Origin: Cyanophyceae cyanobacterium
GTDB taxonomy: Bacteria; Cyanobacteriota; Cyanobacteriia; Cyanobacteriales; Laspinemataceae
Direction of reading: 5' to 3'
Length of the DNA: 64,000 nucleotides
NCBI GenBank assembly: GCA_038321985.1
Contig: JBBQFN010000004.1
Span: 64,001-128,000, forward strand
Shown here: piece after piece, positions 1 to 9,224 of the stretch
Numbering within the stretch: the stretch's first letter is position 1
How the letters are laid out: every line of letters begins with the position of its first letter
The notes under the pieces: generated by a model
Seen by the model: the letters and a program-made list of their open reading frames with translations, nothing else
Told to the model about the DNA's origin: nothing
Databases searched by the model: none
Position numbers and translations under genes: made by a program

Positions 1-914
1 AGTTGAAAAATCGGGCTATTATTCAACTGAACTTGAACCGCCGCCACACCCCAATCCGTTTGATACATCGTCACCCCGCGATAGCGCAAAGGCTTATTAA
101 CATGAATCGTCTGGCGATCGCGTTCTTGACCTTCGCTATCAATCACCGACAAATCCGAATAAAACTGGTCAATCGTTCCATCAGGTTTGTAATCAATCCA
201 GAAGCGATTCACATGAACCGCCCAATCTTTAGGAACTTGACCCGCAGAAAACGGCCCGGCATCAATAATATTTTGAACCCGAAACGTTTCCCCACTCGTA
301 ATCAGTTCCTGCGCCATAAAACCAGTCATCGCACCCAAAATCGAACCCGCTAGAATAATCAACATACTGGCATGAACCAGAATTGGGCCAATTTTACCGA
401 TTAATCCTTTCCGGGCATATAGAGTATTTGCTTCCCGAAACACTAAATAACGCCGTTTTTGTAACAGTTCTTCTAACTGATTAAGATTAGCTGCATCCAC
501 TTGAGCGCTGAGTGCCAGCTTTTCAAATTGCCGAGGAGTCTTATAAAATTTCCAACGCCGCGCCGCCGTTAAAGCCGGGAATTGATGCGTAAACGTGCAA
601 GCAGTTAGACTAGAACCAAACAAGACTAATAAGGCTAGAAACCACCAGGTGCGATAAACATGATCCAGTCCAACAACCTGAATTACCTTCCAAGTTAAAA
701 AGCCAAAAAGAGCCGGAGATTCAGGATAATTAGATTGGTAAAACGCCGGAGATTGACCCTGTTCGATAACCGTACCGGAGATACTAAAAAATGCGATCGC
801 GAGGAGGAGGGCGATCGCCAATCGTAAATCTCCTAAAAACGGCAACACTTCCCGCCGAAAAAACCGCTTTGGTATCGATAACCAACTGCCTAAATTCTGT
901 GTATCATTTGTCAT
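1..914 (-). CDS. ccs1: Cytochrome c biogenesis protein Ccs1/CcsB (ResB family); 3' end runs off the window
   Basis: Manual translation from ATG at 914 gives [11 protein letters not shown]...[28 protein letters not shown]...[26 protein letters not shown], the Ccs1 N-terminus. Directly downstream of ccdA. Confidence 0.92.
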   Translation of the reverse strand, partial: MTNDTQNLGSWLSIPKRFFRREVLPFLGDLRLAIALLLAIAFFSISGTVIEQGQSPAFYQSNYPESPALFGFLTWKVIQVVGLDHVYRTWWFLALLVLFGSSLTACTFTHQFPALTAARRWKFYKTPRQFEKLALSAQVDAANLNQLEELLQKRRYLVFREANTLYARKGLIGKIGPILVHASMLIILAGSILGAMTGFMAQELITSGETFRVQNIIDAGPFSAGQVPKDWAVHVNRFWIDYKPDGTIDQFYSDLSVIDSEGQERDRQTIHVNKPLRYRGVTMYQTDWGVAAVQVQLNNSPIFQ

Positions 915-978
915 TACTAATTTACCCTGTTAGCTTTGTTATCCAATACAGTAAAAATCTCCCCAATCTCCCCAGTTC

Positions 979-1716
979 CTAAACCACTGGAAGCAGTCGA
1001 AATAACAGAGAAAACACCCCAAACCCCACCAAAAGCGCCCCACTAACCGGCGTAATCCAACCAGACCAGCGACGCACTTCCAACAGCTTTTTAATCGTAG
1101 CCGTAAACGTACCCGCCAAAATCAAAGGAGCCACATAACCTGCCGTATAAGCCAGCAATAAAGCCCCTCCTAACATGACATCTTGGGTACTAGCAATCCA
1201 AGCCAATAACGTGGCTAAAACCGGGGTACTACAAGGAGAAGCTACCAACCCAAACGTCAATCCCAATAAGTAGGAACGCACCCCATCCGGCACATCCTTG
1301 GGAATAAACTCCATCCCATCTAAAGAAGGCAAACGCAACGGTAACGCCTCCAGCAGATTGAGACCCATCAGAATCGCAATCACACTTACCAGAATCGGCA
1401 AACCAATCCCAACCTGACCATAAACCTGACCTACATAGGCCGCTACAATACCCAATGCAGCGAGGGTAGTAGCCAATCCCAGCGCAAACCAAGTAGACTG
1501 TGCCGCCGCTTTAATTCGACTTGGGGCCTCATAGCCGCCAATATAGCCAATTGTAATCGGCAGCATTGACAACATACAAGGGGTCAAGCTAGTCAGCAAC
1601 CCCGCGAAAAAAATAATCAATACACTCACCCCGGAGAGGTGACTCAATTGGTTAGAAACGAGACTATCAGAGAGTTGTTGGAGGTGATAGAGTTCAGTTT
1701 GCAGGGAATCAATCAT
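979..1716 (-). CDS. ccdA: Cytochrome c biogenesis thiol-disulfide transporter CcdA
   Basis: TSLTPCML and ASPCSTP motifs, hydrophobic helices, next to ccs1. Confidence 0.95.
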   Translation of the reverse strand: MIDSLQTELYHLQQLSDSLVSNQLSHLSGVSVLIIFFAGLLTSLTPCMLSMLPITIGYIGGYEAPSRIKAAAQSTWFALGLATTLAALGIVAAYVGQVYGQVGIGLPILVSVIAILMGLNLLEALPLRLPSLDGMEFIPKDVPDGVRSYLLGLTFGLVASPCSTPVLATLLAWIASTQDVMLGGALLLAYTAGYVAPLILAGTFTATIKKLLEVRRWSGWITPVSGALLVGFGVFSLLFRLLPVV

Positions 1717-1821
1717 GCTTTAACCGGGGAAAACGCCCAATATGAACAATTGTAACGTAGAGGACACCCCGGCGATCGCACTCATCCAACTCAACCCGCT
1801 AAACTTGCGATCGGCCCTTTC

Positions 1822-1925
1822 CCCCTGTTCGGTGTCACGACTTCAGTCGTTTCCGACTATTTGAACTAAAAACATTTCCCCTGTTCGGTGTCACGACTTC
1901 AGTCGTTTCCGGATATTCGGACTAA
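1822..1925 (+). repeat. Two tandem copies (56-bp period) of a REP-like element
   Basis: CCCCTGTTCGGTGTCACGACTTCAGTCGTTTCCG at 1822-1855 and 1878-1911, each with an internal ACGAC-TTCA-GTCGT hairpin. A related inverted copy lies near 4275-4301. Confidence 0.85.
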
Positions 1926-2172
1926 CCCGTTTAAAAAATTTTTATCAACGTTATAGCGAATAAATTTTATGTTTATTAATATAATTGGGAAAAATAAAAT
2001 AAGTTATCTTAAAAGTATAGAAAAATTTTACATCCATTATTTTATCCAAATTTTATCCAACAAAATACTACTATCTGATGAGTCAATCTAGGATGAGTAC
2101 AGGATGCGATCGCCTCCTTCCATCGGATACAATAAAAGTCAATCCCTGATCAACGTTCATCCGAGGTTGCCT

Positions 2173-2901
2173 ATGTCCAAACCTATTGCCCTTCCCCTCT
2201 ATGAACTCAATATTAATTGGCCCATTCTACCTCCTGAAATTGAGTTACCCAATGAACCCGTAGAAAATACAGACCATCCCTTATTAGCCTCAGCACTGAG
2301 TCAATCTCTGACTCCTGCCTTATACCAAAATGCTTTAATTACAACTAACTTCGCCCTCTGTGCAGATATTAATAACTGCATCATTTTGAAAGCCCCGGAT
2401 TGGATGTACATTCGCCCTGTCCAACCGGCGATCGAACCCCGTCGCAGCTACACGCCCCACACCGAAGGCCCCATTCCCCTCATTGTCATGGAATTCCTGG
2501 CAGAAACTTATGGGGAAGAATACTCGATGGAATTTCAAAAACGTATTGGCAAATGGTACTTTTACGAACAAATTATTAAAGTACCCCTTTATGCCATATT
2601 CCATCCGCAAATTGCTGATTTAGAACTGTACGCTTTAGAATCCAACCGATATCAAATCCAGACGCCCGATTCTAATGGTCTGTATTGGATTCCCGAACTA
2701 GAGCTATTTTTAGGCGTCTGGGAAGGAACCCGTGACAACCGCACAGGGAATTGGTTGCGCTGGTGGAATGCTGATGGTGAACTCCTGCGATGGCCCGAAG
2801 AACGGGCGGAAACTGAACGCCAACGGGCTGAAATCGAACGCCAACGGGCTGAAAAACTAGCGCAACGGTTGCGAGATTTGGGAGTAGATCCTGATAGTTA
2901 A
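2173..2901 (+). CDS. Uma2/DUF820 family endonuclease-like protein with C-terminal ERQRAE coiled-coil repeats
   Basis: APDWMY and IVMEFLA motifs, WLRWW motif and (ERQRAE)n tail. ATG at 2173 preferred over 2104. Confidence 0.88.
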   Translation: MSKPIALPLYELNINWPILPPEIELPNEPVENTDHPLLASALSQSLTPALYQNALITTNFALCADINNCIILKAPDWMYIRPVQPAIEPRRSYTPHTEGPIPLIVMEFLAETYGEEYSMEFQKRIGKWYFYEQIIKVPLYAIFHPQIADLELYALESNRYQIQTPDSNGLYWIPELELFLGVWEGTRDNRTGNWLRWWNADGELLRWPEERAETERQRAEIERQRAEKLAQRLRDLGVDPDS

Positions 2902-3012
2902 AGGATTGGAGGGGTGTGAATAATCCGCGATCGCCCCTCCTATTTTTCCCACCATTTGTATTCAACCCTCCTTAAGCACCAGTAGAGAAAGTGCTTCGGA
3001 CAAAACCCAACC

Positions 3013-4200
3013 CTAACGCTTCCTCCGTCCTCTGCCGAAGGGCGATCGCCGCTTATCCTGCAACGACACCACCTCTCCGGCGCTACTTTCCCTTGCCACT
3101 CTAATCAAAATCCCCGCACACATCAAACTGGCAATCATCGAACTCCCCCCATAACTAAACAGTGGCAACGGTAATCCCGTCGTTGGCAGCGCACCCGTCG
3201 CCACCCCAATATTAAGCAGGGACTGTCCAATCATCACCACCATCACCCCGATCGCCACCAACTGCGGCACGATTTCCCGAGTTTTATACGCCACCAACAA
3301 CGCCACCGTTGCATAACTCCCCAGCAACAACATCATCACCATACTGCCGACAAATCCAAACTCCTCGGCATACACGGCAAAAATAAAATCCGTGTACTGA
3401 ATCGGCAAATACAGCAACTTTTGTTGGGACAAACCAAACCCGGTTCCCAAAGTTCCCCCGGACCCCACTGCTAACAAACTTTGAATCAGCTGATATCCAT
3501 CTCCAAAGCGATCGGCCCAAGGATTTAAAAACGACATCACTCTTCGTCGTTGATATTCCTTGATGCTAATACTCAACACCGCCAGGAGGAACCCCCCAAA
3601 TGCCGTACTCCCTAAATAAGAAAACGGTAAACCCGACCCCAAAGCAATCAACCAAATCGTCATCCCACACAGGGCCGTGGTACTCAAATTCGGCTGTACC
3701 AAGATGCCCAACAAAACCGCCACGAAAATTACCAACCAATTGATCCGCACCTGCCAAGTTAGGCGGTTCCAGTTCCCAAAAATTCGTGCCGCTTGCAAAA
3801 TCAGAAAGGGTTTAATTAACTCCGAAGGTTGAATCAAAGCCGGACCCAATTTTAACCACCGAGTCGCCCCGTTAACCGTCGTCCCCAAACCAGGAATGAT
3901 CGTCAGCCAAATCAACCCCAGTAGGATAATCACCCCCCAATCGGAAATACCTTGAATGTATCGCAGGGGGGTATAAACCAGGACGTTAAAGCCGATTAAG
4001 CCCACCACAACCCAGATCAGTTGCCGTTTAAAATAGTAAAGTCCATCCCCAAACTCAGCATTGGCGCTGGGATAGGAAGCGGAAAACAGCACCGCCAACC
4101 CCACAAACAGCCAGAGGAAGGTCAACCATCGCAACAATCGAGCTTCTAAGGCCCATTCTTTGACAGCCGGATCGAAAACGGGAATCAGTAGGCGTTGCAT
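3013..4200 (-). CDS. ftsW: SEDS family peptidoglycan polymerase FtsW
   Basis: GATRW, QPSELIK, TDFIFAVYAEEFG and LPLFSYGGSS motifs. The apcC-ftsW-ccdA order is conserved in cyanobacteria. Confidence 0.88.
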   Translation of the reverse strand: MQRLLIPVFDPAVKEWALEARLLRWLTFLWLFVGLAVLFSASYPSANAEFGDGLYYFKRQLIWVVVGLIGFNVLVYTPLRYIQGISDWGVIILLGLIWLTIIPGLGTTVNGATRWLKLGPALIQPSELIKPFLILQAARIFGNWNRLTWQVRINWLVIFVAVLLGILVQPNLSTTALCGMTIWLIALGSGLPFSYLGSTAFGGFLLAVLSISIKEYQRRRVMSFLNPWADRFGDGYQLIQSLLAVGSGGTLGTGFGLSQQKLLYLPIQYTDFIFAVYAEEFGFVGSMVMMLLLGSYATVALLVAYKTREIVPQLVAIGVMVVMIGQSLLNIGVATGALPTTGLPLPLFSYGGSSMIASLMCAGILIRVARESSAGEVVSLQDKRRSPFGRGRRKR

Positions 4201-4274
4201 TCAAAGCAAGTCCGATAACTACATTAAGTTAAGTTCAGTATATTTTATGATTTCCCGAATGAAAGCGGAAGCCT

Positions 4275-4351
4275 GAAACGACTGAAGTCGTTACTACGAA
4301 CTTTTCCCTCGTCCCCCAATGACAAATGACCAAGGACCAATGATCCATGAC
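4275..4351. repeat. REP-like element (inverse of the 1822 family) followed by TGACAAA-type heptamer tandem repeats
   Basis: GAAACGACTGAAGTCGTTACTACGAAC, then TGACAAA-TGACCAA-GGACCAA-TGATCCA-TGAC. Confidence 0.7.
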
Positions 4352-4362
4352 ATAAGAAATGC

Positions 4363-4388
4363 AAAAAGAGGCCCTAAAGACCTCTTTT
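4363..4388 (-). terminator. Rho-independent terminator of apcABC
   Basis: AAAAAGAGG...CCTCTTTT hairpin with T tract on the minus strand, about 50 bp after the apcC stop. Confidence 0.7.
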
Positions 4389-4436
4389 CATAATCATTAA
4401 AGCTCTGAATGCTTTCTGTAGTGATGTCAGTAAGAA

Positions 4437-4640
4437 TTAAGATATGCCGGTGTTCGTACCGGGTTTGCCAGTGGCAAGCTGCACTTTGATGATTTTGCCA
4501 CCCATTTTCATAATCCGTTGCTGCTCTTTAAACCAGTTGTCGTAAGGAACGAGCTTGGTGAAATAGGTATTTTGTAATTCCCGCTGGGTGCGAATCCGGC
4601 TTTGGCTTGGCACGCAAGCCGTCACTTTAAACATTCTCAT
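4437..4640 (-). CDS. apcC: Phycobilisome 7.8 kDa core linker Lc
   Basis: MRMFKVTACVPSQSRIRTQRELQNTYFTKLVPYDNWF is the ApcC sequence. Confidence 0.98.
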   Translation of the reverse strand: MRMFKVTACVPSQSRIRTQRELQNTYFTKLVPYDNWFKEQQRIMKMGGKIIKVQLATGKPGTNTGIS

Positions 4641-4704
4641 GGGCTTCTTGCTCCTGTTTCCGTGGAAAAAATTTGTATCTGAACAAAACTATCTTAATTG
4701 AAGC

Positions 4705-4796
4705 CAGGGAGTCCAGAGTCAATACTAGCTCGCTAAAACTCATCGAAATCTTTTCTCAAGCCTTTGACGAGCTAGCACTCACTCTTGACTTCCCTG
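4705..4796 (-). promoter_or_regulatory. Long imperfect stem-loop between apcB and apcC (probable mRNA stabiliser/attenuator)
   Basis: CAGGGAGTCCAGAGT..CTAGCTCG pairs with CGAGCTAG..ACTCTTGACTTCCCTG. Confidence 0.6.
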
Positions 4797-4883
4797 TCCT
4801 CAAAACTAGATCGAGTTAATAGAGCGTTGTCTGAGTTAGCGATAATTTTTTAATCGCTGCTCTACAGGCTCCACACTCAACTT

Positions 4884-5369
4884 TTAGCTCAAGCCAGAGC
4901 AGATGTAGTCGAAGTAGACGCCCATTTCTTTACCGGCATCAGGACCTACCAAACCGGCGGTCACTTCTTTCATGGCTTGGATTGCTTGGACGGTTGCACC
5001 GATCGGCACACCCAAGGAATTGTAGGTTTCTTTCAAGCCATTGAGCACGCGCTCGTCGAGGATGGAGGGGTCAGCCGCCAGCATCGCATAGGTGGCATAA
5101 CGGAGGTAGTAGTCGAGGTCACGAATGCAAGCTGCATAGCGACGGGTGGTGTACATATTACCACCGGGACGGGTTACATCCGAGTACAGCAGGGACTTGG
5201 CAACGGCTTCCTTAACGATGGTGGCTGCATTGGCGCTGATAGCGGTTGCAGCACGAACGCGGAGTTCGCCGGTTTGGAAGTAGCCCTTGAGTTTGTCAAG
5301 AGCGGAACTGTCTAGGTACTTACCTTGGACATCAGAGGAGTTGATAACAGCAGTAATTGCGTCTTGCAT
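4884..5369 (-). CDS. apcB: Allophycocyanin beta subunit
   Basis: [20 protein letters not shown]...[19 protein letters not shown]. Confidence 0.99.
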   Translation of the reverse strand: MQDAITAVINSSDVQGKYLDSSALDKLKGYFQTGELRVRAATAISANAATIVKEAVAKSLLYSDVTRPGGNMYTTRRYAACIRDLDYYLRYATYAMLAADPSILDERVLNGLKETYNSLGVPIGATVQAIQAMKEVTAGLVGPDAGKEMGVYFDYICSGLS

Positions 5370-5437
5370 CTTTTATGTTTCCTTAAACTGCGCGATCTGT
5401 GATTATTTACCTTAAACGAATGGAGTAGAGAACAGCT

Positions 5438-5923
5438 CTACTGCATCGCACCGATAACGTAGTCGAAGTAGGAGCCAGCTTCGGATGCATCTTCAGCAGA
5501 CAGCAAGGAAGCAGCTACGTTCTTCATGGCACGGATGCCTTCTGCAACGCCTTCAATCGGGGTGCCGAGAGATTTGTACATTTCACGAACACCAACAATT
5601 CCGATTTCTTCAATCGGGGTGACGTCGCCAGCAACGATTCCGTAGCTGATCAGACGCAGGTAGTAGTCCAAATCGCGCAGGCAGGTGGCGGTCATTTCTT
5701 CACCGTAGGCGTTGCCACCGGGAGAAACGACATCAGGACGCTTCTGGAACAGTTGATCGCCAGCTTGCTTGACGATACGCTCGCGGGATTCGCTCATGAT
5801 TTGGGCGATGCGAACGCGGCGCTCACCAGTGGTGACGAAAGACTTGATCCGATCTAATTCGCCCGGGCTCAGGTAACGAGCCTCAGCATCAGCATTCACG
5901 ATGGACTTCGTGACGATACTCAT
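5438..5923 (-). CDS. apcA: Allophycocyanin alpha subunit
   Basis: [27 protein letters not shown]...[14 protein letters not shown]. Confidence 0.99.
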   Translation of the reverse strand: MSIVTKSIVNADAEARYLSPGELDRIKSFVTTGERRVRIAQIMSESRERIVKQAGDQLFQKRPDVVSPGGNAYGEEMTATCLRDLDYYLRLISYGIVAGDVTPIEEIGIVGVREMYKSLGTPIEGVAEGIRAMKNVAASLLSAEDASEAGSYFDYVIGAMQ

Positions 5924-6560
5924 TAACTACTTCCTCCAACAATGAGAGTGTGTATCCAGATATATAAGATATTAATCTGGGTTTTGCAAGACCTTTCTCG
6001 GGTTTTGTGTCTTTAGGTTTTTTTACTCAGTGATTAGGTTTGAACCCCTTTCTCCTGAGGTACCCCACTTCTCCCTAGCAGTATTCTAAGGGAAGGTGGT
6101 TCACAAAAAAACTTTTGACTTCGACTGGATTTTGCAAATACGGATATTTTGCATCATCACGTTTACATTCGCACTCTTTACTTCATATTTTGTAACAATT
6201 CTCCTCAGTTAAAGGGGGTGGGACCCCTGTTATTAGCTGGTTTGCCCCACTTTATCAAGTTAATAATTGGTAATTGAGTAAATTATTTTAATGTGCGCGT
6301 TAAAATTGCGTATCTGTAATTTTAACGAGAGGACTTCTCAGAATAGGGATGGGTCGCCGAGAAAGGTTAGATGGGGCCACTAGGAGGTAAAAGTGGCGAT
6401 CGCCTCCTCAGCTATTTTTTTCGCCACTTGCCAGCACTCCAATCTTCTCCCCCCGTTAAAGCTGAATATTACAGGCGTTCCTCCCATCGCAGCTTTTCGC
6501 CAACAGTTTGAAACCGAAATGCAACAACGCGAAATCCGCATTCGGGTTGACAACTTATGC

Positions 6561-6761
6561 CTAAAACTGCAAATTCAAACGACCTTCGACGGGTTCGTAT
6601 TCGTCTTCCAAGAGCCAGTTTTGAGCGTCTTCATAGCCACAACTGCCAAAAATTAGAGCGTAGTTTTGAGCGGGGTCGCGAATTTCACAGTTTCCACGAT
6701 TGTCACCCCGCAGCAGTAGGACATAAGGAGGATTTTGCAGGGGGTCGAGCCATATTTCCAC
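6561..6761 (-). CDS. Small acidic hypothetical protein, candidate immunity/antitoxin for the upstream ORF (start uncertain: GTG 6761 or ATG 6842)
   Basis: C-terminal part of ORF 6561..7100 (VEIWLDP..PPYVLLL..DPAQNY..WLLEDEYEPVEGRL). GTG 6761 lies about 10 nt after the upstream stop. Confidence 0.6.
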   Translation of the reverse strand: MEIWLDPLQNPPYVLLLRGDNRGNCEIRDPAQNYALIFGSCGYEDAQNWLLEDEYEPVEGRLNLQF

Positions 6762-6771
6762 GAATTCCCAG

Positions 6772-7110
6772 TTATGTGCGGCTGGGTCGGGTACGGGGGA
6801 TGACGTGGTATCGATTGTTGGAGTCGATTTTAAGTTCACCATAGTACAAAGGGGTGCGTTCAAGAGTGGGGCTAAGGCGATCGCCAATCGGCTCGGCGAA
6901 TAACATACCATAGCGTTTATAGCCTCGGATTTCACCGAGATATTCACCTTGTTCGATGATAGCCGTTGCAACTCGTTCCATTGTAGCGAGATCCAGGAAA
7001 ATGTGAGCCGCAAGACCGAGGCGCAAAAGACGTTGAGATTGGGGCGTGTTAGGAAGATGTTTAGCACTGTGGCGTGGGTCAAGTTCGATGGGGTCAGCAA
7101 TACCAGTCAT
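6772..7110 (-). CDS. Stand-alone 112-aa putative RNase toxin (DUF6972-like; Ntox50/BECR-type His motifs)
   Basis: ATG start, N-terminal HSAKH and C-terminal YHVIPR, basic composition, immediately followed by an acidic small ORF. Confidence 0.65.
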   Translation of the reverse strand: MTGIADPIELDPRHSAKHLPNTPQSQRLLRLGLAAHIFLDLATMERVATAIIEQGEYLGEIRGYKRYGMLFAEPIGDRLSPTLERTPLYYGELKIDSNNRYHVIPRTRPSRT

Positions 7111-7347
7111 GGCAGGTTAAGACGATCGCCAATAGGAAGATTTTCCGCATTTTAAACCTCTGTAATCCAAAGTGTCGTCTATTGAAACCCTAGAGTGAGC
7201 AGGTTACCTCAATTCCTATGGTGAATCAATGATTCTCTGAACTTGCCAACTCGACCATTACAAAAACGAAGAATTTTAATGGTCTTAGCCCCACAGATTC
7301 GGATCACGGAGTATGTCAAGCTGGAGATAGTCACACCCAACAGACCT

Positions 7348-7923
7348 ATGATTGCAATTCCCCACTATATCAGCCCCAGCGACTACCTGGCCCTCGATCG
7401 CCAAAACCCTATCCGCCACGAATACCGACATGGCCTCGTTTACGCTATGGCAGGGGGTAGCGATCGCCATTCACGGATTGCTATAAACCTCCTAAGTGAG
7501 ATTGATCGACACCTTGGCGACTCACCCTATCGCTTCTACGGCAGCACTGTCAAAGTCAACTACAAAGATAAGTTTTATTACTATCCCGATGCCTTCGTAA
7601 CCTGTGACCCGCGCGTTGGCGATAGCCTTGCGGAGCAACCTCGCGAAGACCGCTACATTAAACGGTATCCTAAGTTCATCGCCGAAGTGCTTTCAAGCAG
7701 CACCGAAGCCTTTGACCGTGACCTCAAATTCACCGACTACCAAAACCTTGATAGCCTGGAAGAATACGTGCTAATTTCCCAAGACAGCCAGCGCGTCGAA
7801 TGCCGTCGCCGCACTGCTGCCGATACTTGGGAAACTACGATTTATGAGGCGGGCGATCGCATTACCCTCACCAGCCTTGACCTTGAATTTCCCATTGAAC
7901 GACTCTATCGAGGTCTGGATTAA
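7348..7923 (+). CDS. Uma2/DUF820 family endonuclease-like protein with an 8-aa in-frame insertion
   Basis: HEY..G..YAMAGGS..H, YYPDAFVTCD, AEVLS.ST...D...K and LEEYVLISQD motifs. ATG at 7348. Confidence 0.92.
   Translation: MIAIPHYISPSDYLALDRQNPIRHEYRHGLVYAMAGGSDRHSRIAINLLSEIDRHLGDSPYRFYGSTVKVNYKDKFYYYPDAFVTCDPRVGDSLAEQPREDRYIKRYPKFIAEVLSSSTEAFDRDLKFTDYQNLDSLEEYVLISQDSQRVECRRRTAADTWETTIYEAGDRITLTSLDLEFPIERLYRGLD
7616..7639 (+). mobile_element. 24-nt small dispersed repeat inserted in a HIP1 site
   Basis: GCG|TTGGCGATAGCCTTGCGGAGCAAC|CTCGC interrupts what would be GCGATCGC, which would encode the usual CDPRDRED motif. Confidence 0.6.
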
Positions 7924-8006
7924 CCCTCAAATGCCTAAGTATAAGCCCTATCAAATCAATGCTGCTATCGTTATATTTTTCGGAGCGTTCCATTCTAATA
8001 TTTTCA

Positions 8007-8357
8007 TTAATTAACTACATTCTCATCATTTATTAGGAGCATGATAGTTCTGTATAATGGTTCAAGCTCAACATGAATAATATCTCAAACTATTTGAGGA
8101 TTAACGATAAAATAAGTATGTACAATTACCTCCCTTAACCCTGCGACCTGTCGCTAGGGAATTTCAGGATATTGCTGCCTGAGAGAATCGGGAATCTGTT
8201 TAGTTGCCTCCCCAATAATCAGCAAATTATGAACAACCGCATCTAATGTTTTGGCGTCTCCAACAAAGTCGGAATAATCCAGGCCCTCTATGTAATCTTT
8301 TATTTTATCAATGCAACTACAAATATCCTGCAAATATAGCCTTAGATCACGAGACAT
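8007..8357 (-). pseudogene. HepT-like HEPN (DUF86) RNase toxin inactivated by two nonsense codons
   Basis: Reading through gives ...YPEIP*RQVAGLREVIVHTYFIVNPQIV*DIIHVELEPL...*. Stops are TAG 8154-8156 and TGA 8085-8087, and the RX4H motif lies after the first stop. Confidence 0.88.
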
Positions 8358-8667
8358 AGACGACCTCTCTTAAAATCTTTTCTCGAATCTGAGCCTTAAT
8401 ATCTTCTTGAATCACCAAATCCACCTTGCGCCCGAATAAATCCTCTAAGAAAAACTTTAAATCCATATATTTTCGGAACGTGGGTGCCCCCTCAAACTCC
8501 ACCAAAACATCTAAGTCACTACTATCGGTCATCTCTCCGCGAACAAAAGAACCAAAAACCCCCAAAGAGTTAACCCCGTAGGTTAACTGAACTTGAGGAA
8601 GATACTGTTTTAACACCCTATACACTTCCTCAAAATTACAATAAGTTAAACCATTAAGTTCCCCCAT
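8347..8667 (-). CDS. MNT minimal nucleotidyltransferase antitoxin (MntA-like)
   Basis: GVFGSFVRGE...SDLDVLVEF (GS-x10-DxD). Overlaps the HEPN gene start. Confidence 0.92.
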   Translation of the reverse strand: MGELNGLTYCNFEEVYRVLKQYLPQVQLTYGVNSLGVFGSFVRGEMTDSSDLDVLVEFEGAPTFRKYMDLKFFLEDLFGRKVDLVIQEDIKAQIREKILREVVYVS

Positions 8668-8669
8668 GA

Positions 8670-8870
8670 CTAAACCCCCCTCTCTTTATAGCTCAGACAA
8701 GCCAAGATATCTTCTTGAGTAAGATAGGGAAAGTCATCTAGGATTTCTGGGTAGGTCATGCCAGAGGCTAAATAAGACAGCACATCATAAACGGTGATTC
8801 TCATTCCACGAATACAGGGTTTACCACTGCGTTTGCCCGGTTCTAGGGTGATGCGATCGCCATAGTTCAT
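8670..8870 (-). CDS. DUF433 family antitoxin-like protein, C-terminus apparently clipped
   Basis: ITLEPGKRSGKPCIRGMRITVYDVL...EILDDFPYLT.EDILACLSY. GAGG RBS before ATG 8870. Confidence 0.88.
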   Translation of the reverse strand: MNYGDRITLEPGKRSGKPCIRGMRITVYDVLSYLASGMTYPEILDDFPYLTQEDILACLSYKERGV

Positions 8871-8994
8871 GGTTTCTACCTCTTTTTCAAATTTTTCAAG
8901 GATTAATGACTTTGAGTTTGCCGGTAACGACATCATTTCAAGGCAATAACCAATGTACTCATTATGGCTGGCAATGGGCAAGTTTGCGATCGCC

Positions 8995-9175
8995 CTCCGT
9001 AGTCTAACCGCCGCGATGAAACTCCAGATAAAGTTCATTCCGCCACACCGGGAGAGTCGCCAGCAGTTGGGTTTCCAAGTGATGCAGATCATCCGTTGCC
9101 GAGGAAAACAGTAACCGGGGGAAGTGGAGCCACTGCCATTGTCGCTTACCCCTGGCAACGACCTGCGATCTCATG
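8995..9175 (-). pseudogene. Internal fragment resembling a GH38 alpha-mannosidase
   Basis: FPRLLFSS...LPVWRNELYLEFHRGG*TT resembles the GH38 motif LPVWxxELYLEFHRGxYTT. The fragment ends beside a HIP1 site at 8986-8993. Confidence 0.6.
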
Positions 9176-9193
9176 CTGACCAACCTTCCCATC

Positions 9194-9224
9194 AAAAAAC
9201 CCAGCCTGTCATCCAGACTGGGTT
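9194..9224 (-). terminator. Rho-independent terminator of apcE
   Basis: AACCCAG...CTGGGTT hairpin with T tract on the minus strand. A second hairpin lies at 9239-9274. Confidence 0.65.

Noticed and set aside
1822..1925. Possible mini-CRISPR array
   Set aside because: Only two units, the intervening sequences resemble each other and are short, no cas genes nearby, and a dispersed inverted copy indicates a REP-like repeat.
1930..2070. AT-rich stretch with TTATCCAA motifs as a possible oriC
   Set aside because: The motifs are imperfect and few, and dnaA/dnaN are not nearby.
2076..2100. CTGATGAG as a hammerhead ribozyme core
   Set aside because: The required GAAA after stem II is absent (GAGT).
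6561..7100. The 179-aa ORF as a single gene
   Set aside because: Its N-terminal half overlaps the better 112-aa ORF in another frame; only the C-terminal part looks like a real protein.
8670..9158. The 162-aa ORF as an extended DUF433 protein
   Set aside because: An RBS and family start lie at 8870, and the upstream part overlaps the GH38 remnant in a different frame.
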